From positions 19,362-83,361 of the IMG/VR virus record IMGVR_UViG_3300020371_000004: DNA of 64,000 nt. One strand, written 5' to 3'. This stretch comes from a virus. The position numbers were made by a program, and so were the translations under genes. The notes under the pieces are model-generated. The model did no database searches and was not told the origin of the DNA. It saw only the letters and a program-made list of their open reading frames with translations. Below, piece by piece: positions 1 to 11,326 of the stretch (its first letter is position 1; each line of letters starts with the position of its first letter).

Positions 1-1
1 G

Positions 2-844
2 ACCCAAGCAGTTAGTGACTTGGCATTCATTCCAGTTCCACCACCTGCATTCTCAAGACCTGCAGGTATGGATGTTGTAAATGAAGATGGTAGATATATT
101 CTTGTTGGTGCTGGTGGAACAATTATGTATGCAGACCCTGTATACAATAGAGCAACAGCAACTGCAAACTTAGTTAATGGTGTGGTTGACAGTGTAGATG
201 TTGATAATCCTGGATTTGGATATCTATCCAATCCACCAATAATTATTGAATCGGGAACTACTCTTCAAGAAGAAATCTTCTCAATCAAAGCAGAGGGTGA
301 TTATGGTGAGATTGTTGAAGTTGGTGTCGGTAATTCATTCATTGATTTTAGACTTAAGTCTGAAGATTATGACAATGCTACCTTAGGAATTGGATATTCC
401 TCACTTAATGTATTTGGTATCACTAACTCTCAGATTTCTGTAGGTGATTACTTCGTAATTACTGACAGCAATACCACAATTGGTGCTGGTCTCGCACTGA
501 CAGGAATTACGACTAGCACTGGTGGATTAAATAACTATGCAGAGTCTGTAGTTGGTGTTGCATATACAACTCTAGATGGTGTGTACAGAGCAGAAAGAGT
601 TAGTGAAGCTTATGCGGGAATTGTTACTGTACGATGTATGTTTGCCTTCCAGAATAATGCTGCCATTCAAGTTAATGTAAATAACAATACAAATGGTATC
701 CATGGTAAATATTCCTGGGGAAGAATCCACGATTTCCAGAACAGAGCAGTGTTCTCACCAAAACACTTTACTGTTGATTTAAGTAATGGTCTCACTGGTC
801 TTTCAACTTCCGCAGATGTCTTCAGAACGAGAGGTCTGAAGTAA
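2..844 (+). CDS. gp7: C-terminal part of baseplate wedge protein (gp7-like), 5'-truncated by the window
   Basis: Frame is open from position 2 to TAA 842-844. It has an ATATANL..V.SV.VDNPGFGY..PP module and a C-terminal YSWGRI motif, and lies directly upstream of gp8 (T4-like cyanophage synteny). Confidence 0.6.
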   Translation, partial: TQAVSDLAFIPVPPPAFSRPAGMDVVNEDGRYILVGAGGTIMYADPVYNRATATANLVNGVVDSVDVDNPGFGYLSNPPIIIESGTTLQEEIFSIKAEGDYGEIVEVGVGNSFIDFRLKSEDYDNATLGIGYSSLNVFGITNSQISVGDYFVITDSNTTIGAGLALTGITTSTGGLNNYAESVVGVAYTTLDGVYRAERVSEAYAGIVTVRCMFAFQNNAAIQVNVNNNTNGIHGKYSWGRIHDFQNRAVFSPKHFTVDLSNGLTGLSTSADVFRTRGLK

Positions 845-859
845 CTGTAAATTTGTCCA

Positions 860-866
860 CTAAATA
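860..866 (+). promoter_or_regulatory. T4-like late promoter (CTAAATA)
   Basis: Variant of the gp55-dependent TATAAATA box about 20 nt upstream of the gp8 ATG; the same motif recurs before many genes in the window. Confidence 0.65.
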
Positions 867-887
867 AAAGAAAAGTATTCTAGTAAA

Positions 888-2453
888 ATGCCTGCGATAA
901 TTACTGAACAATTTAGGGTGATGAACGCCGAAACCTTCGTTAATAGTTTGGTTTCGGTAGGTAATACTGCTAACACTTATTATACTTTTATTGGTCAACC
1001 AAACAGTCTGAATGTTCAGGCAGGTGGTTCAGCAGATTGGAATAATGGACCTGCACCACTTGATGGATTTGAAGAAGAAAACTCCATCAAGGAAACGATT
1101 CTTGCTATGAAAAAGGTGACAAAGCAAGATGTTAGGAGAATGATTAGAAAGGTGAACTGGATTTCTGGTTCTACCTATGAGATGTATCGTCATGACTACA
1201 ACATCTACAATCAGACTCCTGTAACTAATCAACCAAATCTCTATTCTTCTAATTTTTATGTAATCAATGAAGACTTTAGAGTCTACATTTGTTTGCAGAA
1301 TGGTACTGACCCAGAGAACCCAAAGGGAAGACCATCTTTTGACCAACCAACTTTCGTAGATTTGGAACCACGACCAGCAGGAACAAGTGGTGACGGTTAT
1401 ATCTGGAAGTATTTGTTTACCGTAAAACCATCGGAAATTGTAAAGTTTGATTCTATTGAGTTTATTCCTGTTCCTGAAGATTGGGGCACTAAAGGAGAAA
1501 CTATTTCTACCAAGAACAATGCAATTGATGGTAAAGTAGAAATTATAACTATTACTAATAGAGGTATTGGTTATCAACCAATCTCAAAATCATTCACAAA
1601 TATTCCAATCCTTGGTGATGGTGAAGGTGGAAAAGCAACTATCACTGTTGACTCATTTGGTAAAGTTTCCGAAGTATTTGTTACTGATGGTGGTAGTGGA
1701 TATACAAAGGGAATTATTGAGTTCAATCCAGGTGCTCCAGGAATTCCATCAGAATTATCTAACTCAGGTTCATTAGCAACTTTTAACGTAATTATCCCAC
1801 CTAAAGGTGGTCATGGATATGATATTTACAGAGAACTTGGTGCATATAGAGTTTTAGTTTACTCACGTTATCTAACAGATGAGTCAAACCCAGATATTAT
1901 CCTAGGAAACGACTTTGCTAGAGTTGGAATCATTAAAAATCCAATGATTCTTGGTAGTGATACGGAAAGACTTACAACAGGTGAAGTAAGTGCATTAAAC
2001 TCTTTAAAACTTTCTGGAGTTACTACACAAACAACATATCCAGTTGATTCTATTATCACTCAAACTACTGGTTTGGGTGTAACTGCTATTGGTTTTGTTG
2101 CTTCTTGGGATGATGTGACAGGTGTTCTCAAATATTATCAACCTGTTGGACTAGCAACTGAAGGTGTTAACTACAAGATTAATAAGTTCTCGTCATCCAT
2201 TGCTGGTGGTGGTTCATTTAGTATTAATTGCCCTAAGGTAGTTGGTCCAGCACTCAGTATTGATACGGACTTTACGGGTATTAGTACCGTAATAAATAAT
2301 AAGACATATCAGCTGGGCAGCAATTTTGTGTCTGGAATTTCATCAGCAGAGTATAACAAAAAGTCTGGTGAGATAATTTATATTGACAACAGAAGGGCAA
2401 TTCCAAGGTCCACAAGCCAAAAAGAAGATATTAAAATCGTATTGGAGTTCTAA
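888..2453 (+). CDS. gp8: Baseplate wedge subunit gp8
   Basis: MPAIITEQFR N-terminus, FYVINEDFRVYICLQN, DGYIWKYLFT, and C-terminal SGEIIYIDNR..I.RS..QKEDIKIVLEF, typical of T4-like gp8. Confidence 0.9.
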   Translation: MPAIITEQFRVMNAETFVNSLVSVGNTANTYYTFIGQPNSLNVQAGGSADWNNGPAPLDGFEEENSIKETILAMKKVTKQDVRRMIRKVNWISGSTYEMYRHDYNIYNQTPVTNQPNLYSSNFYVINEDFRVYICLQNGTDPENPKGRPSFDQPTFVDLEPRPAGTSGDGYIWKYLFTVKPSEIVKFDSIEFIPVPEDWGTKGETISTKNNAIDGKVEIITITNRGIGYQPISKSFTNIPILGDGEGGKATITVDSFGKVSEVFVTDGGSGYTKGIIEFNPGAPGIPSELSNSGSLATFNVIIPPKGGHGYDIYRELGAYRVLVYSRYLTDESNPDIILGNDFARVGIIKNPMILGSDTERLTTGEVSALNSLKLSGVTTQTTYPVDSIITQTTGLGVTAIGFVASWDDVTGVLKYYQPVGLATEGVNYKINKFSSSIAGGGSFSINCPKVVGPALSIDTDFTGISTVINNKTYQLGSNFVSGISSAEYNKKSGEIIYIDNRRAIPRSTSQKEDIKIVLEF

Positions 2454-2459
2454 AGTCAA

Positions 2460-5400
2460 ATGCCACAAAATACTAATTTAAATGTATCTCCATACTTTGA
2501 TGATTTTGATTCCGAAAAGAATTATCAAAGAGTTCTATTTAAACCAGCAACTCCACTTCAGGCAAGAGAACTAACGACTTTACAATCCATTCTTCAGAAT
2601 CAGATTGAAAAGTTTGGACAGCACTTCTTCAAAGAAGGTTCTGTTGTTATTCCTGGTCAAATTGCATACGATTCTCAATATACTTCTGTCCAAATTGATG
2701 AGTCACACCTTGGTGTTCCTGTATCTCTTTATATTCAAAGTTTAATTGGAAAGACAATTAAAGGTGAGAATAGTGGTGTAAGGGCAAAAGTTGAAAATTA
2801 TATTACAAATACTGAATCAGAAAGAGACAACTATACACTATATCTTAAGTATCAAAGCTCTAGTGATGATGACTTTTCTACAGAAAAGTTTGTTGATGGT
2901 GAGAACCTTGTAGCAGAAGAAGATATTTTCTATGGTGTTTCTGCTATCAGAGATGGTTCCACATTTGCAACTACAATTATCCAAAATTCTACAGCAATTG
3001 GTTCTGCTGTAAAGATTGCTGCTGGTGTTTACTTTGTTAGAGGATTCTTTGTAGAGGTAAATCCACAGACAGTAATTCTAGACCAATATACTAGCAATCC
3101 AACATATAGAGTTGGTCTATTAATTAATGAAGAATTGGCAGTTGCTTCCAATTCATATGAAGATTTATTTGATAATGCACAGGGATTTTCTAATTTCTCA
3201 GCACCTGGTGCTGATAGATTAAAGTTCGGATTAACTTTAATCAAAAAAGAGATTGATGATTTCAACGATGAAAACTTTGTTGAACTTCTAAGAGTAGAGA
3301 ATGGTGTTCTTAGACAATTTGTAAAAGAGAGCAACTATAATTTAATTAGAGATGAGTTAGCAAGAAGAACTTATGATGAATCTGGTGATTACTATGTAAG
3401 ACCATTTTCTCTTACTATAAGAGAGTCTCTAAATGATAGAGTAGGAAATAATGGTGTATTTAATGAGAATCAAGCAACTAAGTCTGGAAATTCTCCAAAT
3501 GACAATTTAGGATCACTTCTTGTATCTCCAGGTAAAGCAGTAGTTCGTGGATATTCATTAGAAACCATTGATACGACTATTGTTGACTTTGAAAAACCAA
3601 GAACTACTGCAAAAGCAGAGAATCAGGCAATTCCATTTAGTGTTGGAAGACAAATTTTTGTCAATAATGTAAATGGTTCTGCTCCTGTTGGATTTGGTTC
3701 AACTTCCCAAATAGCACTATATGATACAAGAACATCACAGGAAGGTCTTGTATCTGGTCAGAAAATTGGTATTGCAAGACTATATGATTTAAAGTTAAGA
3801 AATGCTAGTTATGAAGGTGCTAATACTCAATTTGAAGCATCTTTATATGATGTTCAGACATATACTGTATTGCGTCTAAATGCTACAACAAACTTATCCA
3901 AATCAACATATATTGAAGGAAACTCTAGTGGTGCCAGTGGTTATGTTGTAGAAGATGTAGTAGCAACAGACTTAGTAAAACTATACCAAGTTTCTGGAAC
4001 ATTTAAAAAAGAAGAATCGTTATCATTTAATGGTATTTCTGATGGAAGAATAATTACAAATATTCGTGATTATTCTTTAGGAGATGTTCATCAAATTGCA
4101 TCTGACAACTATGCTGTAGGTCTTGGAACATTTACTGCAGACCCAGTTTTATCTCAAGTAACTATTCTCACAGAACCTGGTGCTCAATTCAGTATTACTG
4201 CAGAATCTCTAGGTGTCAGTACAGTAACAAGTTCTAGTCCAGCACCATTTGTTGGAATTCAAACTGGTGATATCGTATCTTATACTAAGCAAGGTTTTAG
4301 TATTCCAACCTTGAATAAAGTTATTGAAGTAACTCAAAGTGAAATTAAAATTGCAGAGACTACCGATTTAGCAAATATCAATGATGGTGCTCTTCCTTCT
4401 GTTGGAATCACTGCTAATGACTTTAAGAAAGTATCATTGGAAGTTCTTAATACTTCAAATGCTTTCTTGTTTGCTAAATTAAATCATAAAAATGTTGAGA
4501 GTCTTGATCTCAGCACGTCTTCCATTATACTTAGAAAGTCATATAGTGTAAACGTTGTATCAAATGCGTTCTCTGCAACTCTTGAATCTGATATTGATTT
4601 AACTTTAGAACCATTTGATGAAGAAGATTACAGTCTTGCATATACTGCTGGTGATATTGAACCTCTTAATAACCAAAAGGTTGCTGTATCTGGAAGAACT
4701 ATTGGTCTTAGCAACTTGACCCAAAATGGTCCTGCTATACTTACAGTTACCTATAAGAAAGTAAACACCACCGAGAAAGCAAAGACATTTAATAGATGTG
4801 AAAGTCTAATTATCAATGGTTCTAACCAGACCTCATCTGGTGTTGGTAGAACTACTCTTAATGATGGTCTGATTAACAGAGAATATTATGGATTGAGAGT
4901 TCAGGATAGAGACATATCATTAAATGTTCCTGATGTTGTTAATGTTCTTGGAATTTATGAGTCTTCTACTGTAAATGACCCATCTCTCCCAAGAATACAT
5001 TTTAGTGCGTTAAATTCAAGTATTGGAAACCTAATTAGAGGTGAAAGAGTCATTGGTTCAACCACTGGAGCAGTTGCAGCATTTGTTGAATCTGATGGCA
5101 ATAATATTGCAGAAATTGTTTATCTGAATGAGAATAGATTTGCACTCAACGAAGAGGTTACTTTCCAAGAAACCAATATTACTGGAACAATTAGTGCTGT
5201 TGATGTTGGTGATAAGAATATCAAAGAAAACTTTATTCTAGATAATGGTCAAAGACCAGAAATTTATGATTATGCTAGGTTGATTAGAAAGTCTGGAGTA
5301 TCTGCTCCTACTAAAAAAATTAGAGTAATCTACAACTCATATAGCATTTCTTCTTCATCGGAAGGTGACTTTGTATCTGTAGATTCTTATGGAAGAGACA

Positions 5401-8400
5401 GATACAGCAAAGATATTGCAACTATTAATGGTGTCAGAAATTCTGACATGATTGATTTAAGACCAAGAGTTACGGAATTTAATGTATCCTCGGCAGATAA
5501 GTCACCTTTTGAATTTAATGCAAGACTCTTTGAATTAAATGCAAACTCAAGTGATTCAATTGTAGCAAAAGATAGAACAATCAATCTATCTTACAATTTC
5601 TATCTACCAAGAATTGATAAACTATTCCTAACCAAGGAAGGAACGTTTACCATTAATAAAGGTGTTCCATCATTAGCACCAAAATCACCAAACAAGTTAG
5701 ACTCTGCACTTGAAATTGCTACCATATATTTCCCAGCATATCTTTACAATACTAAAGATGCAAGAGTATCTCTATCTACACATAAGAGATATACCATGAA
5801 GGATATCTCTAGACTTGAGGATAGACTATCTAATGTTGAATTCTATAGTTCATTATCTCTTCTAGAGACAGATACCAAAAACCTTTCAATCAGAGACCCA
5901 CAGACTGGTCTTGATAAGTTTAAGTCAGGATTCTTTGTAGATAACTTTAAGTCATATGATGGTGGTGACCTGTCAAACCCAGTTTACAGGGCATCTGTAG
6001 ACACCGCATATGGTTACTTAAGACCACAACACTACACAACTTCGGTTGACCTAGTTGTTGGTTCTGAAGCAGTTATTGGCATTGGAACAACATCTAACCC
6101 AGATGTTGACCTGAGATTTGCTACTGATTTGGGTAATAGCAACGTCAAGAGAATTAATGACCTTGTTATCCTTGATTATAGTGATAAACTATATGTAGAA
6201 AACAGATTTGCTACTAGAGTTGAGAACGTAAACCCATTCAATACACCAAGTTGGATTGGTAGTATTGAACTAAACCCATCTACAGATACTTGGGTAGAAA
6301 CTAGAAGAACAGAAAGAACGGATGACGTTGAAGGCAACTTTGAAGCAACAATGTCTCAGTTGGGTGTAGATTCCAATACTGGTCTATCACCAGTCAATTG
6401 GAATGTATGGGAAACAAATTGGGTTGGTGTAAACAATGTAGAAGGACCAGTAATTACACAAATTCAAAACGGTTCTAGAATTGTTGATACTAGTGTCACT
6501 ACTGATTGGTGGAGCAGAACAACTACAACTACTTGGGAAGATTCATTCACACAGTTCAGAAATGATACATTTACCACTACAACAGAACAATCTAGACAAG
6601 GTATTCAGTTTGGTGTAAGTGAGAGATTTGATACTGTAAATCTTGGTGACAGACTTGTCTCTAGAGTTCTCATTACCTTAATGAGGTCTAGAAATGTTGA
6701 AGCAGTTGCTAGAAGACTAAAACCATCCACTAGATTCTACGCATTCTTCGATAATACTGATGTAACCAACTTCATAGTTCCAAAACTGATTGAAGTCAGG
6801 ATGACAAGTGGAACTTTCCAAGAAGGTGAAACAGTCACTGGATTTATACCAGTTTCTGGTACAAATAGGTCTATTACTTTCCGTCTTGCACAGCAAAACC
6901 ATAAGTACGGTCCATACAACATTCCTACTGAAACATATAGGGAAAATCCTTATAATCCAAATAGCACACTATCTAATTCATATTCATCAACAACTACTGT
7001 TCTGAACGTTGATACTGCAAGTCTTGAGAATCAAGCAGATTCAAGATTCTTCGGTTCAATCGTTAAAGATATGCAACTTGTTGGTTCTGATAGTAATGCA
7101 GTTGCAACAGTTTCTGACATTAGACTTATCTCTGACTCTGCAGGAACCCTAATTTCTTCATTCTTTATTCCTGACCCAACTGTTCCATCAAACCCAACGT
7201 TTGAAACTGGAACTAAGACACTTAAGTTGACGACAAGTCAGGTCAATAGTGACATTAAAGGTATCTCTGACAGTATGGCAGAGGCAAACTTCACTGCTAG
7301 TGGTAATATTGATAATATTGAGAATACTACTCTTAGAATTAGAAATGCTGAAGTTGAAAGAAACATTAGAAATGAGAATAGAACTCTTACAGAGACGGAA
7401 GATAGATTAGTTGCTAACACCATTACAACTAACAGATTGGAAACATCTAGAGTAAGGATTAGATGGGTTGATCCACTTGCTCAGACGTTCCAGGTTCTTG
7501 ATAATAATGGAATTTTTGTCACCAAGTGTGAATTGTACTTCCAGTCAATTGACCCAGGAAATATCCCTTGTACTTTAGAGATTAGAACTTCTGAACTTGG
7601 TCAACCAACACAGGAAATTCTACCTTTTGCAGAGGTCAGCCTCAATCCAAGTGAAATTAATGTTTCTGATGATGCATCAGTCCCAACAACGTTCACATTC
7701 CCTGCACCAGTATTCCTGGAAGGTGGAAATGACTATGCACTAGTCTTGATTTCAAATTCCAATGAATATAATGTCTGGATTTCCAGAATGACTGAGGTTG
7801 ATGTTTCAACCAGCAACAAACCAGAAGCAGAGAAGATTATTGTTTCTCAGCAACCATCTCTTGGTTCACTATTCAAGTCACAGAATGGTGCTACTTGGGA
7901 ACCATCTCAGTTAGAAGACCTTAAGTTCTCTCTTTACAGAGCAGAATTCACTTCACAGACAGGAAGTTTCCGTTTCTACAACCCAGATTTGGGTGTAGGC
8001 AACAGACAGATTGCATCATTGAGACCAAATCCAATTGTTGCTGAGTCTAAAGAAGTTCTTGTTGGTATGTCTGGAAGTCTAACTTCAACAGATGTTACCA
8101 ATCTAATTCCTGGAACATCTATATTCCAGGCAAATTATCCAAACTTCTCTGCTAAACTCAAGAGTATTGTTGGTACGATTGGAATTGGAAGTGCTCTATC
8201 AATTACAAATTCTGGTACTGGATATACTAGCAATGCGACCTACAGTAATGCACCACTAACAACTATCAGTGGTAGAGGGTTTGGTGGTAAAGTCAATATC
8301 ACAATTTCTAATGGTGTTGCAGTTGCAGCAACTGTATCTGTTGGTGGTACAGGATATGCTATGGGTGATACCCTAACAGTTGAACCACAATATACTGGAA

Positions 8401-9992
8401 ACTTTGGTGAGAATCTTATTATTTCTATTCCGAATGAGGTTGGTGTCATCACAGCATTCAATTCGTTAATTGTTGACCAAGTACAGGATGAATTAAATGC
8501 TTCAGGAATTGGCAATGAAATTTCATACGTTAATCCTTCAAATGGTATTTCAACAATCAGCAATGGTTATGTAAACTATACTGAGACACTATCTGATGGT
8601 CTACATTTCAAGGTTAACCATAACAATCATGGAATGTATGATGTTTCAAATAAAATTACCCTATATGGAATTGAATCAGACGTTGCTCCAGAAAAACTAA
8701 GTGCTGATTATAATCAGTCTTCCACTGCTGAGATACAACTTTCAAATGTTGGAATATTCACTTCATTTGAGAATCTACCAGTTTCTACTGATAATCCAGG
8801 TTACATTAAGATTAACCATGAAATCATTAAGTATACTGCTGTAGATACATCACTGATGCAACTCAGTGGTATTACTAGAGGAATTGATGATAATACTGAT
8901 GATATCTATCCATCAGTTATGGTTGGTTTGCATCCAGCTGGTTCACCAGTATTTAAGTATGAATTTAATGGTGTTTCATTGAGAAGAATCAATAGAACTC
9001 ACTCTATGAATCAAGTTGATTCTAAGTATCAAATCGAAATGGATAGTTACTATCTCAAGATTGTAACCAATGAGCAGGGTAAAGATAGATTGTTTGGTCC
9101 ACCAAAACTTCACTTTAATGAAACTAAGACTGGTGGAACATATGATATGAATATTTCAGCATCTGGATCTAATATTCTTGGTGGTCCTAAAGCATCACAG
9201 AATGTTCAGTTTGATAGTATTAGACCTAATGTTCAAAGACTTCTTCCAGAATCTACAATCATTGATGCTAAGATTAGGACTGTAAGTGGTTCAAGTGTTG
9301 ATGGTAGTGAAACACCATTCCGTAGCAGTGGTTTTGAACCAATTTCACTCAATTCAAATAATCTTTTCAATACACCAAGAATTATTGCTTCCAGAGTAAA
9401 TGAACTTCAACATTTGCAAAGTAGCAATGGTTATAAGTCATTTGAAATGGAGATGAATCTGGCAACAACAGATACTAAGGTATCTCCAGTTATTGACTTG
9501 GATAGAGTTAATGTCATTACCACAATGAACAGAATTGACTCACCAGTTACCAATATGTTGAGTGATAAGAGAGTCAATAGTCTTTACGATGATCCACACT
9601 CTGCAATCTATGTCTCAAGAGTAATTAGATTGGCAAAAGGTTCTACTGGACTTAAGGTTTACTTTGATGCATATAGAGATGCAACCAATGATATTAGGGT
9701 AATGTATAGATTACTGAGACCAGATACTCCAGACAATCAAGAGTTGTTTGAATTTATGCCTGGTTTTGAAAATCTAGATAGCAATGGAAACATTCTTGAT
9801 CCTAAGAATAATAATGGATTACCAGACAGACTAGTAAATCCATCTGCATCTCCTTCTGATTTGAGGTCTTATGAATTCACTTCTAAAGAAGTTCCATTGT
9901 TTGATGGATTCCAAATCAAAATTATTATGAGTGGAACAAATCAAGCATATGTTCCTAAGATTAAAGACTTGAGAGTAATTGCAACTATCTGA
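2460..9992 (+). CDS. Large virion structural protein, VrlC/DUF4815-like (baseplate/tail associated)
   Basis: NLNVSPYFDDFD, LQARELTTLQSILQNQ, APGADRLK, LARRTYDESGDY, FKSGFFVDNF, DPLAQTF, GSLFKSQNG..W and C-terminal P.IKDLRVIA; follows gp8 as in T4-like cyanophages. Confidence 0.85.
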   Translation: MPQNTNLNVSPYFDDFDSEKNYQRVLFKPATPLQARELTTLQSILQNQIEKFGQHFFKEGSVVIPGQIAYDSQYTSVQIDESHLGVPVSLYIQSLIGKTIKGENSGVRAKVENYITNTESERDNYTLYLKYQSSSDDDFSTEKFVDGENLVAEEDIFYGVSAIRDGSTFATTIIQNSTAIGSAVKIAAGVYFVRGFFVEVNPQTVILDQYTSNPTYRVGLLINEELAVASNSYEDLFDNAQGFSNFSAPGADRLKFGLTLIKKEIDDFNDENFVELLRVENGVLRQFVKESNYNLIRDELARRTYDESGDYYVRPFSLTIRESLNDRVGNNGVFNENQATKSGNSPNDNLGSLLVSPGKAVVRGYSLETIDTTIVDFEKPRTTAKAENQAIPFSVGRQIFVNNVNGSAPVGFGSTSQIALYDTRTSQEGLVSGQKIGIARLYDLKLRNASYEGANTQFEASLYDVQTYTVLRLNATTNLSKSTYIEGNSSGASGYVVEDVVATDLVKLYQVSGTFKKEESLSFNGISDGRIITNIRDYSLGDVHQIASDNYAVGLGTFTADPVLSQVTILTEPGAQFSITAESLGVSTVTSSSPAPFVGIQTGDIVSYTKQGFSIPTLNKVIEVTQSEIKIAETTDLANINDGALPSVGITANDFKKVSLEVLNTSNAFLFAKLNHKNVESLDLSTSSIILRKSYSVNVVSNAFSATLESDIDLTLEPFDEEDYSLAYTAGDIEPLNNQKVAVSGRTIGLSNLTQNGPAILTVTYKKVNTTEKAKTFNRCESLIINGSNQTSSGVGRTTLNDGLINREYYGLRVQDRDISLNVPDVVNVLGIYESSTVNDPSLPRIHFSALNSSIGNLIRGERVIGSTTGAVAAFVESDGNNIAEIVYLNENRFALNEEVTFQETNITGTISAVDVGDKNIKENFILDNGQRPEIYDYARLIRKSGVSAPTKKIRVIYNSYSISSSSEGDFVSVDSYGRDRYSKDIATINGVRNSDMIDLRPRVTEFNVSSADKSPFEFNARLFELNANSSDSIVAKDRTINLSYNFYLPRIDKLFLTKEGTFTINKGVPSLAPKSPNKLDSALEIATIYFPAYLYNTKDARVSLSTHKRYTMKDISRLEDRLSNVEFYSSLSLLETDTKNLSIRDPQTGLDKFKSGFFVDNFKSYDGGDLSNPVYRASVDTAYGYLRPQHYTTSVDLVVGSEAVIGIGTTSNPDVDLRFATDLGNSNVKRINDLVILDYSDKLYVENRFATRVENVNPFNTPSWIGSIELNPSTDTWVETRRTERTDDVEGNFEATMSQLGVDSNTGLSPVNWNVWETNWVGVNNVEGPVITQIQNGSRIVDTSVTTDWWSRTTTTTWEDSFTQFRNDTFTTTTEQSRQGIQFGVSERFDTVNLGDRLVSRVLITLMRSRNVEAVARRLKPSTRFYAFFDNTDVTNFIVPKLIEVRMTSGTFQEGETVTGFIPVSGTNRSITFRLAQQNHKYGPYNIPTETYRENPYNPNSTLSNSYSSTTTVLNVDTASLENQADSRFFGSIVKDMQLVGSDSNAVATVSDIRLISDSAGTLISSFFIPDPTVPSNPTFETGTKTLKLTTSQVNSDIKGISDSMAEANFTASGNIDNIENTTLRIRNAEVERNIRNENRTLTETEDRLVANTITTNRLETSRVRIRWVDPLAQTFQVLDNNGIFVTKCELYFQSIDPGNIPCTLEIRTSELGQPTQEILPFAEVSLNPSEINVSDDASVPTTFTFPAPVFLEGGNDYALVLISNSNEYNVWISRMTEVDVSTSNKPEAEKIIVSQQPSLGSLFKSQNGATWEPSQLEDLKFSLYRAEFTSQTGSFRFYNPDLGVGNRQIASLRPNPIVAESKEVLVGMSGSLTSTDVTNLIPGTSIFQANYPNFSAKLKSIVGTIGIGSALSITNSGTGYTSNATYSNAPLTTISGRGFGGKVNITISNGVAVAATVSVGGTGYAMGDTLTVEPQYTGNFGENLIISIPNEVGVITAFNSLIVDQVQDELNASGIGNEISYVNPSNGISTISNGYVNYTETLSDGLHFKVNHNNHGMYDVSNKITLYGIESDVAPEKLSADYNQSSTAEIQLSNVGIFTSFENLPVSTDNPGYIKINHEIIKYTAVDTSLMQLSGITRGIDDNTDDIYPSVMVGLHPAGSPVFKYEFNGVSLRRINRTHSMNQVDSKYQIEMDSYYLKIVTNEQGKDRLFGPPKLHFNETKTGGTYDMNISASGSNILGGPKASQNVQFDSIRPNVQRLLPESTIIDAKIRTVSGSSVDGSETPFRSSGFEPISLNSNNLFNTPRIIASRVNELQHLQSSNGYKSFEMEMNLATTDTKVSPVIDLDRVNVITTMNRIDSPVTNMLSDKRVNSLYDDPHSAIYVSRVIRLAKGSTGLKVYFDAYRDATNDIRVMYRLLRPDTPDNQELFEFMPGFENLDSNGNILDPKNNNGLPDRLVNPSASPSDLRSYEFTSKEVPLFDGFQIKIIMSGTNQAYVPKIKDLRVIATI

Positions 9993-10195
9993 TGAAACCA
10001 ATTAAAGATAATAATGGTCTTCTCCGAGATGAGAAGACCAATGCTGTCATTAATATTAATGATGTTGAATATGATGCATATCTTGCAGAAAAAAAGAGAA
10101 TACTTTCTGAAAAAAGAGATATTGACAACATGAAGAAGGACATTGATGAAATTAAAGATGCCCTTCACCTCATCCTTAACAAGCTAAATACATAA
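9992..10195 (+). CDS. Small conserved hypothetical protein (coiled-coil C-terminus)
   Basis: TGATG-coupled to the upstream gene; LLRDEKTNAVIN followed by a heptad-like tail. Confidence 0.75.
   Translation: MKPIKDNNGLLRDEKTNAVININDVEYDAYLAEKKRILSEKRDIDNMKKDIDEIKDALHLILNKLNT
10184..10190 (+). promoter_or_regulatory. T4-like late promoter (CTAAATA)
   Basis: Motif about 20 nt before ATG 10211. Confidence 0.6.
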
Positions 10196-10210
10196 AAAGT
10201 ACTTTTTGCT

Positions 10211-10546
10211 ATGGCAGCAAAGATAATCAACCTAGTTGTAGAGCAAAATGCTGATTTTCAGGCAACTGTTACCATTTCAAATGATAACGGTACTAAGCTA
10301 AATCTGACTAACTACACTGCAGCATGTAAAATTAAAAAAAGTCCTTTGTCTAGCACAGTTGCTGGTACAATGACTGTATCTTTCGTTGATAGAGTTAACG
10401 GAAAAATCATGCTGTCTATGAACTCAACTACAACTGCAGCACTTCCTGGTGGAAGACATGTTTATGATGTAATCATCACATCTCCAACTAATTTTGTCAC
10501 AAGAGTCATTCAAGGAAGTCTGCTTGTTAGCCCAGGAGTGAGTTGA
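10211..10546 (+). CDS. Small beta-sandwich virion protein (fibre attachment/adaptor-like)
   Basis: INLVVEQNADF..LNLTNYTA..KIKK..GRHVYDV..RVIQG.LLVSPGV pattern common in phage fibre regions. Confidence 0.7.
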   Translation: MAAKIINLVVEQNADFQATVTISNDNGTKLNLTNYTAACKIKKSPLSSTVAGTMTVSFVDRVNGKIMLSMNSTTTAALPGGRHVYDVIITSPTNFVTRVIQGSLLVSPGVS

Positions 10547-11256
10547 TGAGTAATAACTATGAAGTTACAGTAACATCTCCAGATTTAACAGTAAATGTTG
10601 ACGATAGTGGTGCCTTTAGTGCTTCTATTAACTATGAAGCACCAACAAAAAGTATTCAACATACCAATTTAATACTTGATAATTTTTCATCTGGATTTGA
10701 TGGCATCACAACGCAATTTCCTCTAACAGTTAATGGTGTTCCTTATTCACCGTCCAATGAACAACAACTGATAATACAAATTAATGGTGTTGTTTTAAGA
10801 CCAACTATTGATTATACAGTTTCTGGTTCAACCATAACATTTGTGATTCCTCCAAGTGGTGGACAAACATTTTCTGGTGTTGCATTACAAACAATTGCAG
10901 ATTTAACTAGAACTGTTGTTTTTCATATTGATAATGGGTCTGTTGATATTCAACCAGGTAGTAAAGGACTACTAACACTTGATGTTGCTGGTACAATTGA
11001 AGAGTGGAGAGTTCTATCCGACCAAACAGGAGTCATTGCTATAGACATTGAAAAGTCAACATTTGATAATTATCCGAATAATTTTTCATCTATTGTGGGT
11101 AGTGAATATCCTGTTCTTATAAATCAGAATAAACGCAAAGATGAAGAGTTAACAACTTGGTCAAAAAACCTCGCACTTGGTGATGTGCTTAAATTTGTAG
11201 TTTTATCATGCACAGGAATTCAAAAATGTTCTGTATTTTTGAAGTTGAAACTTTAA
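10546..11256 (+). CDS. Putative fibre-associated structural protein
   Basis: ATG 10546 overlaps the upstream TGA. FDG.TT.FPL..QLIIQINGV.L.P..DYTVSGSTITF..PP module plus a C-terminal beta-rich domain. Confidence 0.7.
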   Translation: MSNNYEVTVTSPDLTVNVDDSGAFSASINYEAPTKSIQHTNLILDNFSSGFDGITTQFPLTVNGVPYSPSNEQQLIIQINGVVLRPTIDYTVSGSTITFVIPPSGGQTFSGVALQTIADLTRTVVFHIDNGSVDIQPGSKGLLTLDVAGTIEEWRVLSDQTGVIAIDIEKSTFDNYPNNFSSIVGSEYPVLINQNKRKDEELTTWSKNLALGDVLKFVVLSCTGIQKCSVFLKLKL

Positions 11257-11273
11257 CATCACTTATTAAACAT

Positions 11274-11281
11274 TATAAATA
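11274..11281 (+). promoter_or_regulatory. Canonical T4 late promoter TATAAATA
   Basis: Exact consensus, followed by an AGGAG Shine-Dalgarno before ATG 11327. Confidence 0.8.
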
Positions 11282-11326
11282 AATCTAGAAAGCATTCCAA
11301 TAAACGTAAGATAGGAGACTTTATCA

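Noticed and set aside
1029-1577. 182-aa minus-strand ORF inside gp8 (and the many similar antisense ORFs in the track)
   Set aside because: Shadows of well-supported + strand genes; no motifs or SD, and expected from codon bias.
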